From positions 1 to 64,000 of the forward strand of contig JAHLTZ010000046.1 in assembly GCA_025786725.1 (NCBI GenBank): 64,000 bases of DNA, read 5' to 3'. Shown here piece by piece: positions 37,301 to 51,439 of this stretch (the first letter of the stretch is position 1; every line of letters begins with the position of its first letter). Source of the DNA: Syncephalis fuscata S228. Its lineage: Eukaryota > Fungi > Zoopagomycota. The notes below the pieces were generated by a model that saw only the letters and a program-made list of their open reading frames with translations, had not been told where the DNA came from and did not search any database. Position numbers and translations under genes: made by a program.

Positions 37301-37898
37301 CTATTCGAGTTTATCCAGATGATCTAAGCGCATTAATACAACATTCTTGCTCGTCTCTTGGATCTCTCCAGCTAGAAATATTTCATCTAAAATCGCGTAT
37401 ACCTGCTTTTGGTGTCAGTATTGTGCGTGTATTTGTACTAATATCGCCATCACTAATACCTTGTAGAAATTAAATACTAAATCAAGTTCGCAGACATTGC
37501 CAAAAAACGCATCGAGTACCTCGACAAAGAAATGGATCGCTTCTAATAGGCCAGCTCATTGTCGTTGGCATCGACGCAAAAGCAGAAGAATAGACCAGCA
37601 TATCGACGGTATACCACTTTGTAGCTACGAAACTATATGGCGTGTCGATATAGGTCATCACGGAAAAGATGATCAAGCATCCACGTTCTTACCTCAACAA
37701 AGTTTGATTGGTGTTTTGGTCTCGTGGTGCTACTAGTCGGTGCACCTCGCCCTTTAGCTTAAGCTTTTCTTCATCGTCAAAAGGCATATACCATTTGGCC
37801 AAACGCGTCTTGCCTTGACGATTCTGAACAAGAATAAAACGAATCTACTTTCTCCAGTTAATCTTGTGCATAGAACAACTAGATCAACAACCTACCAT
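37301..37898 (-). CDS. APS2: AP-2 adaptor complex sigma subunit
   Basis: M|[19 protein letters not shown]...[51 protein letters not shown]|[19 protein letters not shown]. Confidence 0.94.
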
Positions 37899-38328
37899 AT
37901 TGTATTAGTAACAATAAAGAATAACTGAAAATGTAAGAAAGATGAATAAGTAAATATGTGGAGAGCAAGTGTGCGTATGTGTGTGTGCGTGTGATACTTT
38001 CATCTTGAGTTACAAATGAACTACTAAATTTAGAAATGGTCTAATTTATTTGTCTGTTTCATTATTGTAGTTAAATGTATATTCAACCATCTATTTAACA
38101 GAAATTATGATAAATATAATTGTTGTAATAAATAGTGCAATTTAAAAAATATAAAGCATTAGTTTAATTAGCATAGCAATATTAAATATTTAAATGCTGC
38201 TACAAGTACATTTATTATAGCTATAATGTTTTATATTTTAACAAATTGTCTAGTTTATTTTTACGTAATTTTACTGTAATAAATGCTATGCTAATAGTAG
38301 GAAGAAAAAGGAATACACAATATAAAAT

Positions 38329-39677
38329 TTAGCAATGATGCTCGCGTTCTGAAGGATGTCGTGGAATCCAGCCTTCCTCTACACCTAGAAGATAGTCCCA
38401 CTCGGGTGACTGTTCGGTTTTAAAGTTCCAGAAGAACCAGCCGCGGCCCACTTCGTACGCATCCATTTGTAGTTCGGCAAATTGACGCAACCAGGTGCGA
38501 TATTCCTGCGTGAATGAAGAGATATCATTGTGATTGTCACAAGTTGCTTTGTCATGAATAGGCTTGCCGTTACGGGCCGGGAAGGTGCCATCCCATCGGG
38601 CGCCGACATTGAATCCATTTAACCATTTGGCGCAATCATTAGTGGCAAGCGACCTAATAAACATTAGCTTAACGAGTGCATAGCTGCTTATTGTCATGCT
38701 ATGACTTACCATTCACCGACAATAACCGGGTATTTCTGGGCAGCTGCTTCTAATTCCTTACGTTTATTGCACACCAGGTTGGCATGACCTTGCTTATCCA
38801 TTGAGAGTAAATCGTCCATAAACATTTGGTAGTGATGTGTATCAAGAATCAGATTGTCGTTTGAGTGCTTGGCCATAAAGTCGTTCCACTGGTGTATTGG
38901 TAGGAATGCATCGGCTACGACAATTGATTGGTCGCCCATCGTGTCGCGCATATGATCAATACTATCCTCGTAGAATTTACGTACAACATTCATATCGAGG
39001 CTCCAATTGGCCGGCTCGTTAACCAGTTCAATACCAACTACATTTCCGTATTCCTGGCCTGAAAACTCTTTGGCCAATCGACGCAGCACTTTGCCTGATC
39101 GCTGTACATTATCTACACTGGTTGTCCAAGTGGCTGTACCTTTTTTACCACTATTATCAAATCCGTTTTGCGAACCAGGTACACCGTGCAAATCAATAAT
39201 AACACGAATACCATACTGGTCGGCCCAGTTAATGCCTTGTGTTAGATAGTCAAGCTGGCCTTGCACCCAAGGTTCGTTTCGCCGTTTATCAATGGCCCAA
39301 TAGCCGATAGGAATACGAACGTGATTGATGCCAGCATCAGCCAATCGACGAAAGTCCTCCTCGGTCACCCAGCTGTCCCAGTGGCGTCGTAGTTGACGCT
39401 CCGCCTCTCTTCGGCCGAGTCGTGCGGAAAATGACCACTCGTCCTCGGTCTGGCTTTTAAGCGAGCCTGATTCAAATTGCTCAAATAGGCTAGGTGTAAT
39501 CCCTAATAGATATACTCGTTAGTTGTCAATAGATAGTCCGGCTAGTCTGATTGACTTACACGGTTCAATCACCAACCATCCACCTAGATTTACGCCGCGA
39601 ATAGGCTCTTGAGACTTGGCCAAAGCGGCCGTAGCACACAATGCTACACTTAGGCTATATAAAGATAACTTTAACAT
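38329..39677 (-). CDS. Secreted GH5 exo-beta-1,3-glucanase (EXG1-like), paralog 1, 2 introns
   Basis: Signal peptide, IRGVNLGGWLVIEP, RIPIGYWA, DLHGVPGSQNGFDNSG, ELVNEP (acid/base), VGEW (nucleophile), GWFFWNFKTE. Confidence 0.93.
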
Positions 39678-40149
39678 ATCAGCAGTCGTTGATTTGCTAT
39701 ACTTTAAGCGACAACAGTATTTTGCTACTACTAATGTATAGTATGGTACAAGAATGGTTGACAGGGTGAAATGACAGCTTATTTTTGCATCAATTGGAAC
39801 ATTTGCAAGTTAAGCAATGACAATAAGTGATTATGTCCCTTGTTTTCTTTGTCTAATCGGCGCGTTTTATAAGCGCCGAAATGTACAACTTGCATACTTT
39901 GCTGGTTGTCCAGTCAGCAACTCCTCAGCAGCATTGGTTGAATTGTCAACCAATGAGTAGACAACGTGCAATTAATCAACTAATAGTTTATTTCTACCCT
40001 GGCCCCTTAATTAAAAAACAAGGTTCGTTTATTAATTAATCTTATCTTGATGATGTCATCATATCTGTTCTTTTTGTAGCACTTGACGACATTGTTACCC
40101 CCACTAAAATCATGTTATGTTTTTATAATTATTCTTGAAACTTGATATT

Positions 40150-41100
40150 AAAGAGTAAGAATTGCCGTTTATCAGTTCCTAATAACACTTTTAGTGCTAT
40201 ATAAAAGACTGAGCCACAAATAATAATACATTTAAATCTATGTAACAATTCATGCTATCCCAAAGTTTGTAAAGACGACTTTGGAATTATCTCGACTACC
40301 TAACAACAATATGTTGTCAGGCTATTTAAACGTTAATGACAATGACGATGACGATAGATATTAATAAATTACGTACTTTGATATATAAATAGTAATAGTA
40401 ATATAATTTAGTGATTGTATTAATTAGCAGACCAATGTACTTACCGTGATGGATAGCATCTTTGCTATAAGGAACTATAAATTATATAAATTTCCACACT
40501 GAATTATGTAATTGTATGCATTTAATCACATTTAAACGCCATTTTTATTTATAAAGAAAAGAAATATGTAACTGAATAATCTCATTATTAATTAGAAAAT
40601 AAACTATTTTATTATTGTGCACGTTTTGTATGTTCCAAGTGTCTACTTTATTTATTTGTAGCATTGTAATTCACTACAATTAGATTAGTTGCTTGAAGAT
40701 ATGTTTTACTTCCATCTCTGGAAGTGGACCATGTTGAGATTTTGATCGCAGTACAGACCAACGTACTACGGCCAAATCCTAAATAAACTTTGCCGAGCGC
40801 ACCTCTATTGCAAATAATCGATTAGTTAGTTAGTTAGTTTAGTTTAATTACTTACTCTCCAATAGACTTATCGGTAATCATAAACCACGCGTTGATTTTC
40901 TACAGTATTAATAACAATGGTATATTAATAATACTTAAAGATATCTATAGACTTACCTCTTCGTATTCCTCGCTATCTTCTACTTTTATAGACTTATAAT
41001 GTTAGTTTATTGCTTCATATATTAGTTTATATACTTGCAATTTTTTACCGGTTCCAAAAATATAGTTCTCTCCTTTAGTGATTTGTGCTCTAAATAAATA
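40150..41100 (-). pseudogene. Decayed Ser/Thr protein kinase (CAMK group, possibly Mek1/Chk2-like)
   Basis: Minus-strand fragments in kinase order: IGE|GALGKVYLG...AIKI, GPLPEMEVKHIFKQLI*, SKDAIHH, PDNILLL...VVFTNFGIA*, CGSVFYIALKVL. HRD, DFG and APE are all mutated, and stops are present. Confidence 0.72.
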
Positions 41101-41305
41101 TCTTTTAGTCAATTATATGCTTAATGTTGGTTTAACTTGCTTTTATATGCTGATTCATATATTTCAACCCGTCCAAAAATCGTAATGCAATATTCGGCGG
41201 AAAAGGTGTGCCAGTTTTCTGGAACAGTGGAAAAAGGAGTGGAAGTCCTTATTATAAAGATATTGAGTTAAATGTACAAATGGATAATTATTACTTAGTC
41301 AAGTA

Positions 41306-41383
41306 GACACTTAAAACATAAACAGCACGTTGCTTATTTTATCGTAAGCAATTAAGCAATGTGCTGTTTATGTTTTAAGTGTC
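41306..41383. repeat. 31-bp inverted repeat (1 mismatch) with a 16-nt loop
   Basis: GACACTTAAAACATAAACAGCACGTTGCTTA ... TAAGCAATGTGCTGTTTATGTTTTAAGTGTC. Confidence 0.9.
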
Positions 41384-43122
41384 CAAAAGTTGTATTAATT
41401 TTTAAAAAGTAAGCATTAAAAGCGGAATAATAACGTTGTATGTAAAAGAGTAATTATTTTATTAAATGTAAATTGAATGGTAAGCATTTATAGAAAATGG
41501 GTGCATTCTCTAGTTGAATTTTACTGTATGCGTGGTAGCACAATGAAAACCGAAACAATTACACGTTATGTTGTAAACGCATTAGGCAATTTAAAGGAAA
41601 TGAACAATGTGCAATGAAAAAAGGCGGACAAAATAGAATGTATGGAGGGATGTGACGCAATTTGCTGATAAAATAGTAAATACAATGGATACCACTGCTT
41701 GCATTGAAATATATATTATCTATACGATAACAAATTTATCTATTAGTTGCTAATAATGAAATGAAATAAAGAAATATTATGTTTTTATTACTCTAATAAT
41801 AGTATAGCGCTTGAATATTGCCATTGAAATATTCCAGCTTGTACAGGAATATCAAATGAATGAATATAATAATAGGCATTTTTGTATCGTTCAAAAAATT
41901 TTACCGATGTAGAACATGAAACTAAAACAAGTAGCTTATTGCAACATCAATTGACAACAAAGACAATAAAGCAATGATAATGTTTTATTTCACAACTAAT
42001 TCGACGTAAAATTGGCTATAGCATAGTCCGTTTATTAGTATAACAGTTATTTTTCATAAATTTCAAACTGCACTATCATGGGTATTGACACTTTGAGTTA
42101 CTATGTGGCCTTTACACATGCTCTATATTATTGTAGACCTCATATTAAATCTTGGCAATAAATCATGTTTTATTTATAAATACTGTAATATTTTGATACT
42201 AGTTTGGTTGCATTGAAGATTATTTAGTATGAGTTTTTAGTTTTAGAAATTGCAACTTGGATAATCAAGCAACACTTATTCTGGTGCTGTCCTATAACGT
42301 TAATTTATGGTGCATATTAACGCTTACCTTAATGCATATAATACAATGTGTTGTTTGGTTATATTGATGTAATGATAAACTTATTCCGTATTGCTATTAA
42401 TTATCATAGCCAACTTATAATAAACTGAATAACTTGTATGACGCTAAATAAGAAATAATATTGGACTAGAAACTTCGTTATTTTTTTATTGATATGAATA
42501 AAGCCATCATTGTATAGTAAACATAACTAAAATAAACTGAATGTTTTGTAATATGTCATTATTAACGCAGCATGCTAGTTCATGTAATTGCTCATATACT
42601 CACAACTAACAAGTAGCTACTCGTCATATTGTCGCAATAGACGTTTTTTTATTAGTAATCGGTACTGATATTTGATAGGTATATTATTTTTATGACATAT
42701 ACAAATTTAACAAATCACCCAATTACATATTATATCTCTTAGTCGCGCTTTTACAAGATCTGTCTAAAATAGCAAAGCAGCAACAACGTGACTGTTTTAC
42801 TATTGAGTCATTCGGTCGACAACTTAATTTATCGGTGAGTCATCACAACTACTAATAGAATATTTAGGAGTAAATTCGCTATTTTAATTTTACCTTTACT
42901 TGAGTCATATTTTGCTTTCTACAATGTGACTAATTAGCGGTTCTCAAAGGCCTAAGTGTCAACACAGCAAGTAATAAGCGTATGCCTATTGCGATGTTCA
43001 ATATTTTGCTTAAAAAGCGGATTGCTTTTACAAAAACCAAGAAAAATTAACACGGTAAATAGTACTACTTTATCGCATTGTTTTATTAAGCTTATTTTTA
43101 TTGTTTATTACATTGTTTAAAT

Positions 43123-44446
43123 ATGGCTTTAACCACTATTATTAACACTTTGGTCAATTTACCAAATGGCCATACACAATCCAAATACGAATTAAGCGAC
43201 ACTGATTGCATTCTTGTTCCAATACATACACAGCGTGTTTTCTTTTATAAAAACCATGAAAATACACAGATTTCATGCCTACAGAAAGGCTGATTAGTGC
43301 GCTGCAAAAAACAATCGAGCAATATCCTATTGTTGCCGGCCGATTGGTATCCATTGGAAACGATCAATATGAGGTGCAATCACTTGATGAAGGTGTGCCA
43401 TACCGGGAATCATATTGTGAAAATGATATTTCAGCATATAATCAGAACTGGCCAGATAGCAGTATTTCACCTGAATGGCAGGCTGTCTTTGCAAATGAAG
43501 CAGAAGCCATACCGACAGTTATCCATGTCACGCGATTTGCAAATAACTCGGGATTAATGATTTGTCATGCTGGGAACCATTACATTGCTGATGGTATTGG
43601 TTGGTCAATGTTTTTAAAAACATGGGCGGCATTCGCACGAGGAGAGACACCGTCTCCACCAAATAATAATCGACAACTACTGCAACTTGAACCTGAATTA
43701 AGGCATGTACTGAGGAAGCCGAGGTCAAATCAGTCTCCAAAAGTACACAAAAATACACCAAGTGTTTTAGTCAGTCAATACTGCTTCGGTTCAGTCCAGA
43801 AAGCCTTGCACAGTTGAAGCGGGCAGCCATTGATTCACTTAGTGAAAAAGAACGTAACTCCGGATGGTTTTCTACAATAGATGCTGTCTTGAGCTTATTA
43901 TGGAAAACACATGTTAAAGTTCGGCGGATTCCAGCAGAAAAATTACTGCTTGAAGGTGCCGCTTTTAACATGCGGCCTTGTCTGGATAATATTCCCGACA
44001 ACTATTTGGCAATGTGGTTGATTCAACAATGCTAGAGATAACAGCAGGTGATTTATTAAATAGATCACTTGGTAGTATAGCTTTAGCACATCGTAAACCA
44101 CTTATTATTGAAAAAGAAGTAGTGCCAAAGAATGGATTTGTGGGCAAATGTTGAAAATGCAAAATCGACAGTTAATAGGTCATTTTTTAAAGAAGAAGGT
44201 TTGATTTTATTAGTTCGGATTGGTCTAAGTTTGATTACTATGCTAAAATGGACTTTGGCAACGGTGGTCCTGCGTGCTGTAGGCGATATGCACATATTAA
44301 TGCACTTGTTAACACTATTTGTGAAGCACCGCCTTGTCCGAAAACAGGAAAAAGTGGTCTTGATATAACCTTTATGGTTGAAACCGAATTCTACAGGATT
44401 TTATCAAGGACAGCGAGCTATTTACCTATGCTCATTACTTGAATAA
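43123..44446 (+). CDS. CoA-dependent acyltransferase (Transferase/BAHD-like), tandem copy 1, with several single-base frameshifts
   Basis: Colinear with 45538..46866 and carries NHYIADG and MDFGNG. The disruptions seen are 1-bp deletions, so pseudogene versus sequencing error is unresolved. Confidence 0.8.
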
Positions 44447-45537
44447 ATATTTATAGCAAGTTTTGCCAACAAATATAAATTAACTAAAATCGTTGTAGCC
44501 TAATGGATATCAATAATATTTTATACTCAATTGCTTATACGATACTGGCTTGATTAAGTATTACCTGCTTTTTATTGAGCAGTTGTTTAATAAATGTGCA
44601 CTCAGCTTGCACAATATACTTGATTTAATAAGTATTTATAATAAAAACTTTTTATTGGCAGCGATTACTACAGTTCTTGTCGACTTGTATGGTTTACGAT
44701 GATTTATGTGATAAATAAATAAATTATGTGGTGTGTTTGCGATATTTGCTTATTTTGTGGTGATACAATCTAATTAGTATAATTATTATTGCATTTACAA
44801 TAACATGTTGAAAGTAAAAACTCGCTACTTTCAACTGACTTATACTTGATTACTAAACAGTAAGCTTATTTGGCTCAATAAATTTAATACAACTAATACA
44901 CTTATTTTGATTTTACGCAAACACGTATAAAAACAGCAAAAAATTGCGATTGTATCGTGTTAAAAGGTTGTCATAGCAATAAAGCCAAACGCACCAGTCA
45001 GTAACTATAGCTGCTTAATATCAAAAGTCTAACTATGTAAAATATTTAGCTTATAGGTCATGCAATTCTGCACACAATTTACACAAAATATAATAATGAA
45101 TAAAATGTATGCACTGTGTATGAAGTAGCCAGCAGCGTCAGTTGCGTAGACAATTTCGGTATTGAGTAAAATCCAAGGCCTTAACAGTAACACAAAACAA
45201 CGTGACTGTTTTACTATTGAGTCATTCGGTCGACAACTTAATTTATCGGTGAGTCATCACAACTACTAGATAGAATACTTTAAGAGTAAATTCGCTATTT
45301 TAATTTTACTTTACTTGAGTCATATTTTGCTTTCTACAATGTGACTAATTAGCGCGTTCTCAAAGGCCTAAGTGTCAACACAGCAATAATAAGTGTATGC
45401 CTATTGCGATGTTCAATATTTTACTTAAAAAGCGGATTGCTTTTACAAAAACCAAGAAAAATTAACACGGTAAATAGTACTACTTTATCGCATTGTTTTA
45501 TTAAGCTTATTTTTATTGTTTATTACATTGTTTAGAT

Positions 45538-46866
45538 ATGGCTTTAACCACTGTTATTGACACTTTGGTCAATTTACCAAATGGTCATACACAATCCAAA
45601 TACGAATTAAGTGACACTGATTACAGTCCTATTCCAATACATACACAGCGTGTTTTCTTTTATAAAAACCATGAAAATACAGCAGATTTCATGCCTACTG
45701 AAAGGCTGATTAGTGCGCTGCAAAAAACAATCGAGCAATATCCTATTGTTGCCGGCCGATTGGTATCCATTGGAAACGACCAATACGAGGTGCAATCACT
45801 TGATGAAGGTGTGCCATACCGGGAATCATATTGTGAAAATGATATTTCAGCATATAATCAGAACTGGCCAGACAGCAGTATTTCACCTGAATGGCAGGCT
45901 GTCTTTGCAAATGAAGCAGAAGCCATACCGACAGTTATCCATGTCACGCGATTTGCAAATAACTCGGGATTAATGATTTGTCAGTCGGGACATCATTACA
46001 TTGCTGATGGTATTGGTTGGTCAATGTTTTTAAAAACATGGGCGGCATTCGCACGAGGAGAGACACCGTCTCCACCAAATAATAATCGACAACTACTGCA
46101 ACTTGAACCTGAATTAAGGCATGTACTGAGGAAGCCGAGGTCAAATCAGTCTCCAAAAGTACACAAAAATACACCAAGTGTTTCTAGACAGCCGACACTA
46201 CTTCGGTTCAGTCCAGAAAGCCTTGCACAGTTGAAGCGGGCAGCCATTGATTCACTTAGTGAAAAAGAACGTAACTCCGGATGGTTTTCTACAATAGATG
46301 CTGTCTTGAGCTTATTATGGAAAACACATGTTAAAGTTCGGCGGATTCCAGCAGAAAAATTGCTGATTGGATGTGATGCTTTTAACATGCAGCCTTATCT
46401 GGATAATATTCCTGATAACTATTTTGGCAATGTGGTTGACGTGACAATGCTAGAGATAACAGCAGGTGATTTATTAAATAGATCACTTGGTAGTATAGCT
46501 TTAGCACATCGCCAATTACTTACCCTTACAAAAAAAAGTAGTGCCAAAGAATGGATCTTGTGGACAAAAGTTGAAAATGCAAAATCAATAGCTAATAAGT
46601 CATTTTTTGAAAAAGGTTTTGATTTTATTAGTTCAGATTGGTCTAAGTTTGGTTACTATGCTAAAATGGACTTTGGTAGCGGTAATCCTGTGTGCTGTAG
46701 ACGATATACCCCCTCCAATACACTTATTCACACTATTTACGAAGCGCCACCTTGTCCGAAAACGGGAAAAAGTGGTCTTGATATAACCTTTACGGTTGAA
46801 ACCGAATTCTACGAGGATTTTATCAAGGACAGCGAACTATTTACCTATGCTCAATTACTTGAATAA
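45538..46866 (+). CDS. CoA-dependent acyltransferase (Transferase/BAHD-like, Tri101-type fold), tandem copy 2, intronless
   Basis: 442 aa with YPIVAGRL, the HxxxD motif HHYIADG, NYFGN and the DFGxG motif MDFGSG. Confidence 0.92.
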   Translation: MALTTVIDTLVNLPNGHTQSKYELSDTDYSPIPIHTQRVFFYKNHENTADFMPTERLISALQKTIEQYPIVAGRLVSIGNDQYEVQSLDEGVPYRESYCENDISAYNQNWPDSSISPEWQAVFANEAEAIPTVIHVTRFANNSGLMICQSGHHYIADGIGWSMFLKTWAAFARGETPSPPNNNRQLLQLEPELRHVLRKPRSNQSPKVHKNTPSVSRQPTLLRFSPESLAQLKRAAIDSLSEKERNSGWFSTIDAVLSLLWKTHVKVRRIPAEKLLIGCDAFNMQPYLDNIPDNYFGNVVDVTMLEITAGDLLNRSLGSIALAHRQLLTLTKKSSAKEWILWTKVENAKSIANKSFFEKGFDFISSDWSKFGYYAKMDFGSGNPVCCRRYTPSNTLIHTIYEAPPCPKTGKSGLDITFTVETEFYEDFIKDSELFTYAQLLE

Positions 46867-47856
46867 ATAGTTTATAGCAAGTTTTACCAACAAATATAAA
46901 CTAGCCAAAAGTTATTGTAACATTAATGGATATCAATAATATTTTCAATTCTAAAAATATTAAATGTAATGAGCAAATCCTAATATGTTGTAGCAGATTG
47001 CTTATACGATGTTGATTTGATTAAGTATTATCTACTTTCTTATTGAAAAGTTATTAATAAATATGCACCCAGCTTGACACAATATACTTTGTTTGGTAAG
47101 TATTTACAATAAACTCTCATTGTTAGCTAACAATTACTAATGCTTTTGAACAATAAACTAAACAATATTTGTAACTAAGACAAGAAAAACAAACTGAAAT
47201 AGATAAATATTATTTATTGAATAATAAAATATATCAATAGTTATATCAAAGTGTCATTTAAATATCATATAATTATTAATGATAAAGTTGAACACCATTA
47301 TATTTTTGCTTTATGTGATACTTTCAGCTCATGTGATAAACTATTTGTTGATAGCAGTCAATATTGAAATGAAATATGACTACAATAATTCTACTGCTGT
47401 TTTATACTAAGATGGATTACACTTGTAATGAAAACGCCACAGTTATATTTAATGACTGAATCGTATGCTTTACGATAGTTCATGTAATGAATGAGTTAGC
47501 TGCGTAATACAACGAATTGCTATTACTGCTTTGTAATAAGTTACCATTAGCCATATTTGCATTCATTATAAAAAATACTACAGTTTATAAATAAGTGTGT
47601 AATGAATAATTAAATATATTTAATATTAAAATAATAACCAATAATAGCTGATATATAAAGAAAAACAGTTATAAAGGCAGTGAATCGATGCAGTTGTTGT
47701 GATTTTATAATACAGTTAACCACTGTGATTGGACTGAAACAATAAATTCACATTTCGTAAGAGTATTTTAAACAAAGAATTATTTTAATAATTAAATTAG
47801 CCGTATGTAATAAGCTTCAAATAATGATATTCATGATTTGAATGGTCACCGTAAAT

Positions 47857-49275
47857 CTACCAACGTTTCTCACAGCTGTAGGTACGTTTAGATGGATCCT
47901 TTGGAATCCAGCCTTGCTTGACTCCTTCCAAGTAGCTCCATTGTGGCTCACGTTCAGTCTTGAAGTTCCAGAAGAACCAGCCTGAACCAGCTTCAAATGC
48001 ATCCATCTGGATTTCAGCATATCGCTTAAGCCATTGACGGTATTCTTTAGTGAAATAGCGTATGTCGCTATCGTTTTTACAAGTGGCACCTGGATGGACA
48101 GGTCCACGAAGATAGGTGCCATCCCAACGAGCTCCGACCAAAAATCCGTTAAGCCATTTGGCACAGTCAGTACGAGCTAGCGACCTTTTGTACAAATAAA
48201 AATTAGCAAATGCATTTACAGACTGTTGTATTTACATAAAATAATACTTACCATTCACCAGTAAATGTATCGACGAATGTTTGAGAACGTGCAACTTCTT
48301 TCTTAAGTTTACAAATGTCGTCCAGATGCTGTTCGTCTGACATTTCAATATGCTCATCATTAAATACTTGGTAACTGTGAAAATCCATAATTAATTTTGT
48401 ATTCTTGTATGGCGTTAGAAACTCCTCCCACTCTCCTAATGTCCTGAATGCATCTTGAATTACTGCATATCGATTTGGATTATTTTGCTGAACAACAGGC
48501 ACGCCCTTACGGTAAAAGTCTTCAATCTTGCCCATATCTAACTTCCATCGGAGCGGTTCATTGACAAGTTCCACCGCAATTACATTAGGGTATTTCTGTT
48601 CATTATACATATTGGTGAGCGTCCCGAGGACATGGAGTGTACGATCAATATTGCTTTGCTTCGATTGCCATCCAATGTCACCTCGCTTTCCGCTATTGTC
48701 AAAGCCATTTTGAGAACCAGGTGCACCGTGCAGATCAATGATAACTTTCATTTTGTATTTGGCGGCCCAGCCAATAGCTTTGGTCATGTACGGAAGATGG
48801 CCTTGGACCCATGGCTCGTCCTGAGCCACATCTACCGCCCAGTAGCCAATGGGAATACGAACTGAGTTGATGCCGGCGGCAGCCAAATCGCGAAAGTCTT
48901 TCTCTGTCACCCAGTTGTCCCAATGGGCGTGCAGTTGACGTTCGGCTTCCTGACGGCCAAGTTTTTCGCAAAATGTCCATTCGTCCGCAGCCTGTTGCTC
49001 CTTTGGACGTGAAACAAATTGCTCAAACAAGCTAGGTGTAATCCCTAAATAGCCCAAGGTAGCATAGTGATATTAGTTAATGCTGTCTATCATAATTAGA
49101 ACTGTAACTTACATGGTTCAAGCACCAACCAGCCACCAAGGTTTACACCGCGTAACTTATCATTTCCAAACTGAGATTTTGAAACACCAAAGTTAGCGGC
49201 AGAATTTACAGCATCTGCGGTCACGGCACCGATCAACAATGCGACGGCAGACAAGACTTTAAAGTGGTGTAGCAT
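47857..49275 (-). CDS. Secreted GH5 exo-beta-1,3-glucanase, paralog 2, same two intron positions as paralog 1
   Basis: LRGVNLGGWLVLEP|WITPSLF, DLHGAPGSQNGFDNSG, ELVNEP, TGEW, GWFFWNFKTE. Confidence 0.93.
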
Positions 49276-51439
49276 TGTGTAATAATTTATAATACGTATA
49301 ATAGAGTGTCAGATAATATAATCAAAATACTAGTAAAATTTAGATAAATTAACTGGCAAATTTAGAAAAGATACTACCCAATAACGCTAGTGATGCAAAA
49401 TGGTGTAGAGCGGATAAGGTGATTAGTTTAAATTAAACATGAAATCCATGGTTTTTTATATCAGATTCTAGCATGACGGCTTGTAGAATTGTATAGCATT
49501 GCGTGCTGAATTTTTAACCAGAATTGTGCCAAACCAGTTAGGTTCCTCGGGCTGTGCAACAACACAGGCCTAGAACCAATGCTCAGCAGCATGAATTTCT
49601 ATTGTGCTTGTTTTCCTCAATAGTTTTGGTGTTTCATAAACCGGAATAATGATACCTTTCTGTTAGTCTAATAAGATTAATGATGATATGTCGACGCTGA
49701 AATCACGTGTAAAGTAGTTGATATTTGCTCTATAGTCAAGTAGTATAATAATTGGATTTGTTACAATGCTTCCATAAAGATAGAGCCGACAAATATAGTA
49801 ATGTTTTAACAATAAAATAATATCAAGTGATTGCCATTAATGCAATTGATTTTATTAGATAATAATTTAACTTTACATGCAAATAAAAGCCGAACAACCA
49901 AGTCCAGTAGTTTCTGTAGATATTTGTTGAAACCAGGATTATTGAATACTAGTGTAGTACATATGTAAAACAGCTCGTGTGCGGCTATGGATTAATAGTA
50001 TTAAAAGTCCAATAACCAAATACTATGAGGATTTTTGGCGGATAAGGCGAATACCAGAACAGGAGCTAAGGCGGGGAGTGTACAATTTCTAAGTTGGATG
50101 TCAGGTTGCAGCGTAAGGGCAGCCTGTTGATTCGCACACTTACCGGTTATTACAAAAACGAAAATAATCATTAGTGCTACCGAGAAACTAAAAAGCAGCA
50201 ATGCAAGCAAAATAAAAATTGTTTTTCTTGATAAGTGTGCTAAACGTTATACAATTTATGCTAACTTGAGCAACAATAAACATATGTGGTCAGTGCCGTA
50301 TGACAAATAAATATAATAATAGGTCGTGTAAATAACACGAGGTGTATCATACAAATCCGAACTGTTGTTGCCTTAACTTAACGGAGCTGTAGTATCAGCT
50401 AAAAAACTAAACTAGTGTAGGCTATTGGTAGTATTTGATAGCTGAAGTATATCCAATGTTGTTCGTAAGAGTATAGTATAGAATTATTGCTGTTATAACT
50501 AATAAGCATAGCATGAGCATTAGGTTCAACTGTAGTAATTTTGTTTATTATTCATTACTGAACAACAATGTGCTTATCCGTAGTGCGTATGCATTTTCAC
50601 GCACGACTATCGTTGTCCGGTATTAAACAAGGCTTTGCGCGAAAATGTCTTATTGGTGAGTGGTGAAACATGTGATAGCAGCATATGTACAAATATGCGA
50701 CTGCCTTGTGTCTTTACCAGCAGTATCGAAATAATGTATAATTGTTTTTTCTATTATTTATTTAGAATTTGTAGCGTGATTTGCTTCCTCATTCGGTATT
50801 TGCATTGTTCGATAGCAAGGCAAAACCATTTTGTTGTTATCTTTTGATAAATATCAACACGATGGTGTAATTATGAATGTTTCCACGTGAATAACCAGAA
50901 AATATGATATAAGCTACTTATAGATTAACTAACTGAATACAGCTAGATAGCAATTGTCATTCGACTGCTATAAAACGCACGTTATTCCTTAAATAGTTTA
51001 GATTCAATAATTTTTCGGTGAAAATGGAATAGCTGTTATAGATAAGAAAACAGGATTAATAAACAAGTTAAATTTTTTAGCCATTAGTTTATCATGCATC
51101 CTATTGCCACTTGATATTGTTATGAGCAAATAGGCAATAAAAGTGCCATTTCAAACAATGTAAAATATACCATATGCATACGAAGATATACAATTAGTAT
51201 AACATGCAAATATCCAAATCCGCTTTTGAACTTGAAATAGCAAAAGCGGAAGGTGCAAAATGCGGCCTCTAACTATTTTAAACCACAAAGAGAGCTACTA
51301 AATATGATTATAATGCATTTAAAATACATTTTAATTATTTCTATAGATTGCAAATATTTTTTGCCAATTTTGTTTGTTTTTTCGCTGTTAGGACCATAAT
51401 TTATTTATTGGATATCAACTCCAGCAGCAATTCTATACA

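Noticed and set aside
50001-50210. Hydrophobic 69-aa ORF
   Set aside because: No ATG start or recognisable downstream exons.
51219-51250. 10-bp inverted repeat TCCGCTTTTG...CAAAAGCGGA upstream of the subtilisin gene
   Set aside because: Short and single, so it could be chance; no function can be supported.
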